64,000 nt of DNA, from NCBI RefSeq assembly GCF_001194135.2, contig NC_068983.1, forward strand, positions 124,576,246 to 124,640,245, given 5' to 3'. Under the pieces are notes generated by a model. That model made no database searches. It had not been told where the DNA came from and saw nothing but the letters and a program-made list of their open reading frames with translations. Positions 24,611 through 37,176 of the stretch are shown piece after piece. The position numbers were made by a program, and so were the translations under genes. Origin of the DNA: Octopus bimaculoides. Its lineage: Eukaryota. Every line of letters begins with the position of its first letter. Position 1 is the first letter of the stretch.

Positions 24611-24954
24611 TGTATGCATGTATGTTTGTATGTGTTAATGTATATATTTAAGATGCTCATTTCCTTTTCTTTTCAAGCAATACCCGTGTTTGACGCCTTT
24701 TAAATAGAGGAAAATTTTCGCACAGAACTAATTCTACTCTCTAAACTACAAAGCATGATTCAAGAAGAGCAAGTCAACATGCATTTGTATGTTACAAGTT
24801 TTCTGTCAGAGTGCCCTCCTCCCTATCTTTTCCCAATCAAAGGCTAACCACAAAACAGAAGTGAGTGATTTGAATTCAGAGCTATTTCTCTTATATAGTA
24901 CGCCTTCACCGCGGCTTTGTTACACACTGGAGCACCATCTACCCCTTATATATT

Positions 24955-25048
24955 TACACACACACACACACACACATACACACACACACACACATAACAC
25001 ACACACGCACACTCACACACTCACGCAAACGCGCACACGCACACACGT
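24955..25048. repeat. (CA)n microsatellite, interrupted
   Basis: Direct reading. Confidence 0.9.
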
Positions 25049-25286
25049 AAAATATAAAATTTTAAAAATATAAATAAAATAAAAATAAAAATATAACTAT
25101 CTATAATAACATATTCTGTTACTGCTTCCTCCTGTCAGCCAGCACAACTGTTCATTATGTAATGAAATGCAGAAATCTTTGGCGGGGCTCAAGTGTCATA
25201 TAAGGGCCTCACATTGCATTATCAACGACACATTTCAATGATTCTCTCTAGAAATGGCTTTGCTCGTATACGAGAGAACAGCCACC

Positions 25287-25319
<33 letters not shown>

Positions 25320-25689
25320 TGCATGTATGTACGTACGTACGTATATCTGGACACTCCTCGCCTCGGCAAAAGAGGGTTTAACAAATCAAAGCTGGACAAT
25401 GTCTCATGTGTGAATTCAGGCCACTTTCGCTATTGTCACCGGAATTATGAGGAAGGTTTGATGCTGTTTGTGTGGGAATCTTGATTGGCTGAACGGCCAG
25501 CACGACAGATATTATTATAGTGGACACAGTTATATAGATACATAGACACATACATATATACGAACGGGAACATACATATGAACGGGAACGTGAAACTCTG
25601 AGTAACACTTTTTGTGATGTCTTTGCAGCTTTATTAATAAATATCTGTTGCAACGTACGAGGTCACATCAAGAATATTGCAAAACGAAT

Positions 25690-25723
<34 letters not shown>

Positions 25724-27059
25724 GTATATGTATATATATGTATGTATTTGACAGTTAAATATAACCTTATACAGAAATGTTGACATAGGAATAAACTTCA
25801 ATAATAATGGATATCAGCATCAAAACTCTCTTTAAAATTTTAAATTTATATATATATATATATGTATGTATGTATGTATGTATTTATGTATGCATATCAG
25901 TGTGTGTGTATAAAAACACACACACTTCCATGCATATTACACAACTCGTACATAAACACATATACACCCAAACACTCATTCGTAATGCCCCATCATATAT
26001 ATTTGTGTGTGTATTCGAGTTGCATATAAATGTATGACTGTTTTCACCCACAAGCATATAGGAGGTAAATGTGTCTCACGATTAATGGTATATCCTATTT
26101 TTGCACCCAATAGTATTTTAACCAATATAAATAGATAATCTCACCAACCTATAAAGATGATTAAGAACTTGTATCATTCTAATGATTCACTTGATGATAC
26201 ATTATATCCTCATGTGAGCAAATTTTATCGGCTTACTAATCACATTTTCATAAAACCCAAGCGATAAATGAATTTAGAGATAAAATTTACTACATTTCAC
26301 CTGCTAACAGTATTAGAAATAATAAATGTTGATAGACATGCATCTGCTTGTATAATCCTACCTGCAATACACCTATAGCAAATATATTATTTTCTCTATT
26401 TAGAAAACAACCACCCATTAGAACAAATAATATACAATCTTTAAGATAAATTCGGTTAATATATCTAATTGAATCTTATCTAACATATCCCACAAAATAT
26501 TTTTATAGAACACGCTAAATGCAACATTGGTAGAAATACGTTTTGTTAAAGCAGATGTCCCAATAATAAGTAAATTCTAGTTGTTAGCTAAGTACCTGGT
26601 ATACAAATGTTTAATGCAAACGTTTACTTTCAATAAAACTTTCTCCTTCGTGCATAAAATTAAATCACGATATCTTTACCATAAGCATTCCTTTAGAAAC
26701 TATGAATTTAATATATGGAACGTGAAGAAAAACAATAGAAACTTATGACCTGAAATGAGTCATTTTGTAATGAAGCTGAAGAACAGACAGGCAAACCATG
26801 AATCCTGTTTTTGATATATATATATAAACCGAAATGTACCAGCAAAATCGTCCAAATTTTAGATTCAGCTTCGAACCATTGTAACTAAGGAATACTTAAA
26901 GATAACTTCATGGAATTATCAAAGATTTTCCCGACACTGTTGCACTGTACTTTGAGCAAGTAAAAATGTTGATTACTCTCCAACCTCGCCAGAAGAATCG
27001 TGATGAAGTTAATCATGGACGAAAATGACATTTCCATAATTAACCATAGCTCACGATTC

Positions 27060-28075
27060 AGAGCTCATGAAGTATTGGAATAAAGTTCGAATGGAAGCGT
27101 AAAGTTTTATTTCAAAGTTCCAGACGCTTAAAATTTTATTTCAAAGTTCCTGGCCGGAATTCTACCTGTTGGCGTTAAGTGTTGCTCCTCTTTTGGCAAT
27201 GATTCCTTCCACTCTCTTCTTGACAGCACCACAAGCTTTCTTATTGAATTCCTCACCAATAACTTCCTCTTACGTCATGCGCATGGAGTTTTCGAGGGCT
27301 TGAAGGTTACTGTGGGGCTTCTCACAAGCTTTAGTGACCAGTTCATTTCAGATGCTGAAGTCTAATGGGTTCAAACTAACTGATGAAGGGGGCCAAGTGT
27401 CCTTAACCCCAAACTTGGTCCCAAACGTATCACTGAGAAATTTGTGAGCCGCTGCAGTTGTGTAACAAGGAGCTCCATCTTCCCGACAGCTAAACGTGAA
27501 GTTCTTAGCGATTTTGTTGGTGTTTCTCCCGTCTCTTGCCTCAGAATATTCAGAAAGAATCCAGGTCTTTACATCTTTTCAAATTCTGAACATAAGAAAT
27601 TCCTGTCAGTCTCTCAGCCTTCTCAAAGATGTTCAATGGCATATTCTTGCCATCGGAGGTCACGCAGGGTTTTTGCACTTGAAAATGACATTTGTAGCTT
27701 CTCTTTTGAGGAGCCGATGACAGAACACAGTTGTTGTATCAGTTTATGTGCGTATCTTGGATGAAATTCTTCTCATCTGTGTAACAGAATACTTCAGGAT
27801 TATGTTTCACTTTATTCAAGATGATCTCCGCCCTCTCTAGCCTTTTAACCTTTTTTCCTGGAGTGACACAGTGTCTCGCAAGTCTCAGTACGACTTCATT
27901 TTCAAGTCTTCTGTCATTGCCCTTTGAATTGTCATAGCTGAAACTCCTTTCTTATGTGCCAAGCGTCTTAAGGATTGAGCTGGATCTCTTCTGATTGATG
28001 TCTTCAACTCCAAATTGAAATGATGATTCCTCTTGCGGTTACGTCCACCTGATCCAGTTTTCCTTTCCACTATTT
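27060..28075 (-). mobile_element. maT/Bmmar-like Tc1/mariner transposase pseudogene (D-38-D spacing)
   Basis: RKTGSGGRNRKR...SLRRLAHKKGVS HTH; EDGAPCYT...WPPSSVSLNPLDFSI; many stops and frameshifts. 3' boundary approximate. Confidence 0.8.
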
Positions 28076-28076
28076 C

Positions 28077-28745
28077 CATTGCCTTCCTTTCAGATGAAAC
28101 AACCTTGCCCTTTTTTTGGAATAGGAAAGTACGGGTATTCCTACTGTCTGGATTGCTACTATATATCTGATTCAAAATGATTAACCCAACAGTCATCCTG
28201 GCTTAGGACACGTTCAAGGAAACCTACTGGATCTGCCTCAGACGATGAGATTTTCCTGTGATCTGATGAATCTGGTATGGTTTGGATCGGGTGTCAAAAG
28301 ACATAGCACCCACCGAGCAGAAATCTTCGTCATGTCAAGTTCATTGTGCAGAAAATTTTCAACTTTTTCGCGGGATATGCTAACAACATTGACTATTTGA
28401 TTTATAGTCAGTCGCCTGTCGTTTCATCACCATCTGATGAACAAGATCAACGTTTTTCTTGGTGGTGGGAGTTGCAGGACCTGAAGACGTTGGGTCATCT
28501 TCAAAACTCTCCGTTCCTAAACCATGTAGGTACTTCATAACACTACGATGTAAAATTTTGTCTCTTTCAAGAGAAGTCGCTACTAGTTAGTTTTGAAGTG
28601 TTCTTTAAACAGTGACATCTCAGTTTACCTGGACAGAAAAATGCAGTTATTAATAAGACGGGTTGAAATTAGCGCATGCAAGGTTTCATAGCTCTAGCAT
28701 TGTTCCTTCATAGTCAGCCTATGAACTTTTCAGCCCATCCTCATG
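28077..28745 (-). mobile_element. mariner (DD34D-type) 5' half with TIR
   Basis: TIR-like ATGAGGATGGGCTGAAAAGTTCATAGG (minus); FEDDPTSSGP...ISARWVLCLLTP...QDDCWVNHF...KVVSS. Confidence 0.85.
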
Positions 28746-29646
28746 TGTACACACACACATGCGCGCGCACACAAACACACATACACACACACAAACACGC
28801 GCGCGCGAGAGTGAGTCTGTGTGTTTGCATGCGCATAAGTGTGCTTATATAAATACATACACACATACACACTCACACGCATATTTTCTTACCTTAAATT
28901 AAATTGGGGAACGTGGCATAGTAAAAGTATGGATGGGTCTACTTTTATTTTATGTATAAAAGTCAACACAATTTGAGATGCTAATGAAAATTCGTTTAAT
29001 AAAAGAAAAGCCCGTTAAATAAAAATGTTTCAAATAGAAGCAATATTTTTATAATTACCTATTCACACATTGGGACTACGTTTGCTAGTATGTGATAGCG
29101 TTTACTGATACTGAATGCTTGTGAGACTTTTCAAGTATTATTAATATGAAATGAATATGATTGAAGAACCCTAACAAAAACTTCGATTAAGAGTAATTTC
29201 CCACGAGAGAAGACCTCATTAAGGATTAATTTTAAATTACCCAGAGTTTGAAAGAAATTACAATAGTTTCTTAAATACACTTGTAATGTGAATATGAGTG
29301 TATTTTCTTGTGCATATATTCATTAGTGTATGGGAGAGTGTGCTCACTTTCTGTTCTATGCAATAAGGAAATGTGCAAAATCCAGTTCAGAGTGATTTTA
29401 ATAGTTAACAACAGTTAGTATAATGCATTGAGGGTGGCCAAAGATTTGGTAGTTAATGGCTTGTCATAAGTAAATGATGATAAACAGAAAAAATAGTATT
29501 CTATACAGGTCGAACTTGAACGACGAAATGTGCGAAATAATCACGCATTCAAAAAGTGGTTTTCTTTTTAATAATGTCCATTCTCTTCGTGCCATTTGTT
29601 AAGCTATTATCAACTTAAAATATGCAACAACAAAACAATATTTATA

Positions 29647-30754
29647 CAGGAGTTTGACAAAATAATGGAAACACCTTATAATTTCAAAAAAAAATATTTT
29701 AATATGGGGTAGGACCGCCTTTGACAATAATTACAGCTTGAATTCTACGAAGTATGGACTCGTACAAAGTTTGAACTGTTTCCAAAGGAATTTTTGTCCA
29801 TTCTTCAGCTAAAACAGTCTCCAGTTCTAGTAGTGATGATGGTGGAGAATATCGAGCTCTTACTTGTTTTTCTAAAATGCAGATCAGATAAAATGCAGAT
29901 CAGATAAAATGCTTAAATAGTCTTGACTAATAATTCTGCCATGAAGGGAAACCATTCGGCCAGCGGATTTCCAATATATAGTCCTCACCAAATTATCACA
30001 GATACTCCTCCATCTTTAACAGTTGGAAGAAGACAGTCTGGGCCAGATGCTTCTTTTGGATGTCTCCACACGTATACGCGGTCGGTGGTCGGAAATAAGG
30101 TAAAGGATGATTCATCCGAGAAAATAACATTCTTGCACTATTCTAGCGACAAAATCTGTAGGTTTTTACTCCACACTAAATGCTTTGCAACGTTTGTTTT
30201 TAAAAGTAGTGGTTTTCTGATTTCAGCCCTCCCGTGAAATCCGTCTCTGTGCCGCTGCCGGCGAACAGTTTTTGTGGAAACTGGATTCTCGAGGTGGTCA
30301 TTAAGCTCTGCAGTAATTTTGGGAGCTGTACTTTTGTGATCCAACCTAACAATTCGCATAAGAGTCTGACGGTCCCTATCCTAAAGTTTCAGTTTTCTTC
30401 CGGAGTTTTGTTTCGACGAGGAGAATTTTCCCTCTTTCTCAAGGCTGTCATTACCTTCGATACAGTACCCCTTGATACACCAAACATTTCGGGTGTTTTT
30501 CGTAACGCTAGCGCCAGCCATACGAGCACCAACAATTTGACCACTTTGAAAGTCTGATAGATCTGTCCTTTTAATGAATTTTAATTACCTTGTTCTGATA
30601 TCTGAAAAGAAACAGCAATTTTAGCAATACATATTAAGCAACACTAATAATAAATCAAAAACATTAAAATAAACAAGCTTTTGACAGTTTTATAGATATT
30701 TCAAAATTATGATGCTATGATGCTAGGTGTTTCCATTATTTTGTCCAACTTTTG
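29647..30754 (-). mobile_element. Tc1-like transposon (DD36E family) copy D, both TIRs, internal deletion
   Basis: TA-CAGGAGTTTGACAAAATAATGGAAACACCT ... AGGTGTTTCCATTATTTTGTCCAACTTTTG-TA; TA TSD; 163 nt shorter than copy B across the catalytic segment. Confidence 0.95.
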
Positions 30755-31133
30755 TATATATTACAATGTGCAGGGTATATATCAACCCTTCAAAAACAAA
30801 AACTGTCAATTTCATGAAACAACGATGTATCGCGCTAACTATCGCTCGATCACTGATACAACTCTACTGTGAGACTCTGTACAATGAATATTTTAACACC
30901 GGATATTCAACATTTAAATGTGGTTAAGAGTTCTAGATTTTTAAATGGTTAATATGTGTTTTCCAAGTTATAATTGTTTTTGGTTAAACACATTCTCTGA
31001 GCAAATTTCTTGCCAGGCAAGCACACTTTTGTGTCTTTGCTGTGACATGGCTGCGAAAGATCTACTCGAACATCTTGACCCCAGTATTTATTTTTCAAAA
31101 CTCTGCTACTTATTCTATGGCCACACATATACG

Positions 31134-31134
<1 letters not shown>

Positions 31135-31199
<65 letters not shown>
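31135..31199. repeat. (CA)n microsatellite running into a gap
   Basis: Direct reading. Confidence 0.95.
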
Positions 31200-31914
31200 N
31201 NNNNNNNNNNNNNNNNNNNNNNNNNNNNNNNNNNNNNNNNNNNNNNNNNNNNNNNNNNNNNNNNNNNNNNNNNNNNNNNNNNNNNNNNNNNNNNNNNNNN
31301 NNNNNNNNNNNNNNNNNNNNNNNNNNNNNNNNNNNNNNNNNNNNNNNNNNNNNNNNNNNNNNNNNNNNNNNNNNNNNNNNNNNNNNNNNNNNNNNNNNNN
31401 NNNNNNNNNNNNNNNNNNNNNNNNNNNNNNNNNNNNNNNNNNNNNNNNNNNNNNNNNNNNNNNNNNNNNNNNNNNNNNNNNNNNNNNNNNNNNNNNNNNN
31501 NNNNNNNNNNNNNNNNNNNNNNNNNNNNNNNNNNNNNNNNNNNNNNNNNNNNNNNNNNNNNNNNNNNNNNNNNNNNNNNNNNNNNNNNNNNNNNNNNNNN
31601 NNNNNNNNNNNNNNNNNNNNNNNNNNNNNNNNNNNNNNNNNNNNNNNNNNNNNNNNNNNNNNNNNNNNNNNNNNNNNNNNNNNNNNNNNNNNNNNNNNNN
31701 NNNNNNNNNNNNNNNNNNNNNNNNNNNNNNNNNNNNNNNNNNNNNNNNNNNNNNNNNNNNNNNNNNNNNNNNNNNNNNNNNNNNNNNNNNNNNNNNNNNN
31801 NNNNNNNNNNNNNNNNNNNNNNNNNNNNNNNNNNNNNNNNNNNNNNNNNNNNNNNNNNNNNNNNNNNNNNNNNNNNNNNNNNNNNNNNNNNNNNNNTATA
31901 TATATATATATATG

Positions 31915-32100
31915 GGAGAGTATACAAAAAATAACAACAGACGAGGACAGGTGGTGTAAATAACAAAAGTATATATTAGTATGACGCTCGGGAATACGGA
32001 AAGTCTTTGACGTTTCGAGCTACGCTCTTCAACAGAAAGAATACGGAGACAAGGAGAAAAACACGGAGAAAAAAAATTGAATAGTGTTCAGTCAACGGTC
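31915..32100 (-). mobile_element. PLE pseudo-LTR / retrozyme-like unit ending in (TA)n
   Basis: Same architecture as 23850-24355 (TTCCCGAGCGTC motif after the hammerhead, GTCCTCGTC tail). Confidence 0.7.
32004..32040 (-). ncRNA. Minimal type I hammerhead motif, A6U variant
   Basis: UCUUU-CUGUUGA-A-GAGC(GUA)GCUC-GAAAC-GUC|AAAGA: 5-bp stem I, 4-bp stem II, ACGU palindrome. Confidence 0.72.
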
Positions 32101-32741
32101 AAATATGTGTGTGTGTGTTTGTGTGTATGTGTGCCGAGAAAGAATTTATAAAAGCCTACAAAATAAAAAGTATAAAAGAGTAAAAAAAATAATATCAACT
32201 AAACTAAAATAAATTCTAGAAAGAATGATGTGTGTGTGCACATTTGCGTATAGTAAATACAAGCATAAACATGTCCACACTCAAAGGAAAACATACTGGC
32301 ACAGAAGAACGCTAGACGCTAACATAAATATGTGTATACATATACACACATACACAGAAACACAGACTCAGTCACGTACATGTGTATCATCAAAGGTCGC
32401 TGAACGTAAAAGAAGTAGGGTTAGTTATTAAAAGTTAAATCACATTAAAATTATATCTCATAACTAAATACCATATGTGGTGTATGTGTGTGTGTGTGTG
32501 TGTGTGTGATTGTGTGTGTGTGTCTATGCGTGCGTGCGTGTGTGCGCATGCAGAGAAAAGAATTAAATAGGCAGAATGATAAAAAAACAAGTATGAGTGC
32601 AGGATGAGAAACTGAAATGTAAAGTAGTGAATTCAATAAAAAATATTTTTAAAAAAATGCTTTGGCGAAATGTACACAATCAAGATATTAAGGTATAGAG
32701 AAAGGATACTAAAAGTTAGTCATATTGTGGACAACAATGTT

Positions 32742-33112
32742 TTGTTGGCACTCCGTCGTTTACGACGTCGAGGGTTCCAGTTGATCCGATCAACGGAATA
32801 GCCTGCTCGTAAAATTAACGTGCAAGTGGCTGAGCACTCCACACACTCGTACCCTTAACGTAGTTCTCGAGGATATTCAGCGTGACACAGCTGACCCTAT
32901 GAAATACAGGCACAGCAGAAACAGGAAGTAAGAGTGAAAGAAAGTTGTGGTGAAAGAGTACAGCAGGGTTCGCCACCATCCCCTGCTGGAGCGTCATGGA
33001 GCTTTAGGTGTTTTCGCTTAATAAACACTCACAACGCCCGGTCTGGGAATCGAAACCGCGATCCTATGACCGCGAGTCCGCTGCCCTAACCACTGGGCCA
33101 TTGCGCCTCCAC
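32742..33112 (-). mobile_element. Full-length SINE family B
   Basis: Reverse complement of the 20786 copy; perfect 12-bp TSD GACAACAATGTT (32730-32741, 33114-33125). Confidence 0.95.
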
Positions 33113-34099
33113 TGACAACAATGTTATAGTAAAAGGAAAAGAATTGTAAAAGCTAAAGATCAGGAGTCCTTGACTAAAACTAAGTGAAATAGCTCTCAGG
33201 AATTATCATGATTAAAATGAACAACAGCGTATAAATACATGAACGTTCCCAGAAAACGGAGGAAAGGTAGTCACATTATAAAGGTTTCGATATTTATAAA
33301 ATAAAAATAAATAAATGATACTGTTGAAATGAAATTCAGGGTCACACCCCCATCATTGTCCACAATGATATCGTAGCTACAGTTAGTAATAATGATACGA
33401 TTCCTGTTAAGGTTATTACCACACACTGGGTTTGTACCATAATTACTCACCCCGTTGGATTGTTAGATACTTTTTGAGCTTTGGAAGGAATATTGTGTTA
33501 CGGTGTTGCTAAACTTGATGATTTGTAGATCGTTCAGTCTCTTAATATTAGTACTACATATTATTAGGTATGCTGGAAGTTGTGGAATATGACATATATA
33601 TATATATATATATATATATANNNNNNNNNNNNNNNNNNNNNNNNNNNNNNNNNNNNNNNNNNNNNNNNNNNNNNNNNNNNNNNNNNNNNNNNNNNNNNNN
33701 NNNNNNNNNNNNNNNNNNNNNNNNNNNNNNNNNNNNNNNNNNNNNNNNNNNNNNNNNNNNNNNNNNNNNNNNNNNNNNNNNNNNNNNNNNNNNNNNNNNN
33801 NNNNNNNNNNNNNNNNNNNNNNNNNNNNNNNNNNNNNNNNNNNNNNNNNNNNNNNNNNNNNNNNNNNNNNNNNNNNNNNNNNNNNNNNNNNNNNNNNNNN
33901 NNNNNNNNNNNNNNNNNNNNNNNNNNNNNNNNNNNNNNNNNNNNNNNNNNNNNNNNNNNNNNNNNNNNNNNNNNNNNNNNNNNNNNNNNNNNNNNNNNNN
34001 NNNNNNNNNNNNNNNNNNNNNNNNNNNNNNNNNNNNNNNNNNNNNNNNNNNNNNNNNNNNNNNNNNNNNNNNNNNNNNNNNNNNNNNNNNNNNNATATA

Positions 34100-34133
<34 letters not shown>

Positions 34134-34229
34134 ACTCCACGCCAACGTGATTGAAATATTCAAATGCGATACACATTTTCTTCTTTTAAGAGGAAATATT
34201 GTAATTTCAAAGATACCAAGCTACAAATT

Positions 34230-35270
34230 AGAGGCCCCATATCTCGGTGTGCAAGAGAAGACAGAATGTCATCAGTCTCTGCTTCTGCTTTCCACTTCCT
34301 GGCTGTCTTCACATCTGGTGGATTACGCCTGATTTCCATGTCTGACTCTCTCAGCATCATCACCGTTCGTACCTTCCCTAGTTTATAAATTTCGACTATT
34401 GACGCCAGTAGTAACTGCAACGAACCTTTTTTTACGATAAAGAGATGAACTGTTCAATATCCGAGGTAGGCCTAGCTACTTTCTAATGAACACATTACAT
34501 TTTTGTTCAATGATTTGAACTCGTGACAATGCTACCTCGTATATCAAAAGTGGCCAAGAATGTCGCGGATACAAGCCGAAGTGTAAGCACCAAATTTTAT
34601 ATTTACCTGGTAACTGAGTTATCAATCACTGATAATCCAGCCACCGCTTATTCATAATTTCCATCTCGCGACTCCTATCTGACAATGTTCCAGCGTACAC
34701 TCGCCCCAAGCTCAGGACGGGTTCTTCCTTGACTGTTGGAATGCTTTCTTCATCTATTTGAAACTTGACTACTTAACTTCTTTTTGCTTTCCCTTAATAA
34801 ATGTCAGACTACGCAACTTTTTTGTTTTAAATCGCATCCTTGACCACTTCACAAGCTTTTCTAGTCTCAAGAGGGCACTTTGCATGATTTTATTGCCTGT
34901 TGATAGAAGTGTCACGTCATTCATGAGGGCCTTCTTAGGCGATTGTACATGGGCGATTTGTTCCGAAACATCCAAGGCTTTCAAAATAATCTCCACGACT
35001 AAGATGAACCACATGACAGATAACGTGCAGCCAGCAGCAATGCCGATCTCCAATCGGTGCCAATCTGTTGTAAAATCTCCAGCTGTAAACCTCATCTCGA
35101 AACTGTCGTAATATATCCTCATTAATTTGGTTACTTTGTCTGGAATGTGAAAGGGGTTCATGGCTCTCATCAGTAATTCGTGTGACACTGAACCATATGC
35201 ATTAGCTAGGTCAAGCCATACCACGTTTAAACTTGTCTTGTGCTGTTTGAAGTCTGGATCGTTTTCCAAG
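34230..35270 (-). mobile_element. Hero-like (RLE-type non-LTR) reverse transcriptase fragment
   Basis: VVWLDLANAYGSVSH, GIAAGCTLSV.WFIL, ALMND (for FMDD), WSRMRFK.KK.RSL; downstream SIVEIYKLGKVR.VMMLR...NPPDVKTARKWKA. Confidence 0.85.
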
Positions 35271-35888
35271 TCGAAAAACAGTGTTCAACACATTCCGGCC
35301 TTTTGAACAGATTCAACAACATAACCATTACTCTGTAATCTTGTTAAATTTCTTTCAGGCACTTTTTGATCCCTGAAGTAGTTTTGCATGATGATGATTG
35401 AAACCACATTTATTTTCTCTAGAAGTTAATAAAAAGTTACGAGCATTTAAAAATTATGTAACTTTTGCCAGTTGGAAGCCTCCATTGGTGACAGTTGTCT
35501 GGCTCTAAGGAAATCAGATGAGACAAAGATGAAAGTTTTATGTGGTCTCCCGACCTACTAGAAATAGCAGTCATATCTGCTAACGCCAAATGAAAAAAAA
35601 AGGACGATAAATTATTTAACGTAGCTGTGAGTAGACTCTCTTAAAATAAGATGGAACTGATTTTAATGTCATTGGTCACACATTAACTTCATCAAAAATT
35701 AGTTTTCTTCATTCATAACTAGAACACCAATCCATCGTAAATTTGCTGCAATAAAGAATATACATAGCATATGTATTCATAAACACATTGTTTCTATTAT
35801 ATGCAATGGTACCATTAATCACAGAGTTAAGGCACCTTATAATAAATAGAAAAGAAGTACTCAGCGTATTTTGAGATACAGTTTGTAA

Positions 35889-36293
35889 TATTAGTCTTCA
35901 AATTTTGGGGCTAAGGGGATAAGTCGATTGCGTCACCTCCCCCACCACTGCTCATCTTGTACTTATTGTATCAACCCCGATGTGATGAAACGCAAAATCA
36001 ACATTAGCGGAATTTGAACTCAGGACGTGAAGACGGACCAAATGCCATTAAGCATTTTGCCAGTTGTGCTAACGACTGCGCCAGCTCGCCACGTTTTTTT
36101 AAGAACCTTTAATATTGATTTCAAATTCTGGCTCAAGGCCAGCAACTTCGAGCGAGGGAAAAAGTCGATTACATCGATTCCAGTGTTCAACTGGTACTTA
36201 TTTTATCGACGTGATGAAAGGCAAAGTCGGAGAACGAAATGCCGCTAAGCATTTTGTCCGGCGTGCTAACGATTCTGCCAGGTCACCGCCTTT
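35889..36293 (-). mobile_element. Two adjacent SINE family C copies
   Basis: Two family C cores and heads in tandem. Confidence 0.85.
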
Positions 36294-36315
36294 GAAGGGC
36301 ATGTAATATTAAATA

Positions 36316-36441
36316 TTGATGACGACTCGGCCCACTCTGCCCACCCGTGGAGCACCCGCCGGGCGAGAGACCTTGACAAGGTGTTCTAGCTTCATTCACG
36401 CCGTTCTCATTTCTATTTTTATTTGACATTTCAGCACTCAT
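36316..36441 (-). mobile_element. R4/Dong-like ORF 5' fragment (first ~125 nt from the ATG)
   Basis: Reverse complement ATGAGTGCTGAAATGTCAAATAAAAATAGAAATGAGAACGGCGTG... matches 37787-37912. Confidence 0.85.
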
Positions 36442-36621
36442 GTGTGTTTAATGTTTATACCGTTATATAATGTGTTGTACGTTTTCTTTTGTACGTTATA
36501 GTGTAGTTTAAGGGGAAAATTTGGTTACTATTTCTATCCAGGAGATATCATCTTCGCTGTCTTATTTTTGTGGCTTCCGATTGTCTAAAAACGTAATCGT
36601 AAAATTTATCAAATTTCTCGA

Positions 36622-36654
<33 letters not shown>

Positions 36655-36899
36655 GAACGTATTTTTCGGCATCATCATGCAACAATACATGAGTGTAGGA
36701 AATTAGTAAAAAATATAATGAAAATTCGAAATACTTCAAGTGGTTTGAAAGAATTTAATAAGTTCCCTTAAGTAGCTTAATCAGAGATTAGTCTAATATC
36801 ATACGTTAGCTCTGTATCTTACTCAGTACATGAATATACGCACAAAGACTCCAGCACATACATACATTCAACCCCACATATATGTGTGTGTGCGTATTT

Positions 36900-37100
36900 T
36901 TTATCGTTTCCTTGTTTCAGGCATTTGACTGCGGCCATGCTGAGGCACCGAACAAATCTTTAAAGCGTAATAATTATTCTATCGGGTTGTATTGCCGAAG
37001 CGCTGGGTTGGGATGGGGTCATAAACATACAAACACCGATTGTCAAGCAGTGATGGTGGTGGTGGTGGAACAAACACAGACACACAGACACATAGACACA

Positions 37101-37140
<40 letters not shown>
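36900..37140 (-). mobile_element. 3' half of composite SINE family A plus internal microsatellite
   Basis: CATTTGACTGCGGCCATGCTG...TTCTATCGG...GATTGTCAAGC...ACAAACACAGAC, then (CA)n(CT)n. Confidence 0.7.
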
Positions 37141-37141
<1 letters not shown>

Positions 37142-37144
37142 ATT

Positions 37145-37176
<32 letters not shown>

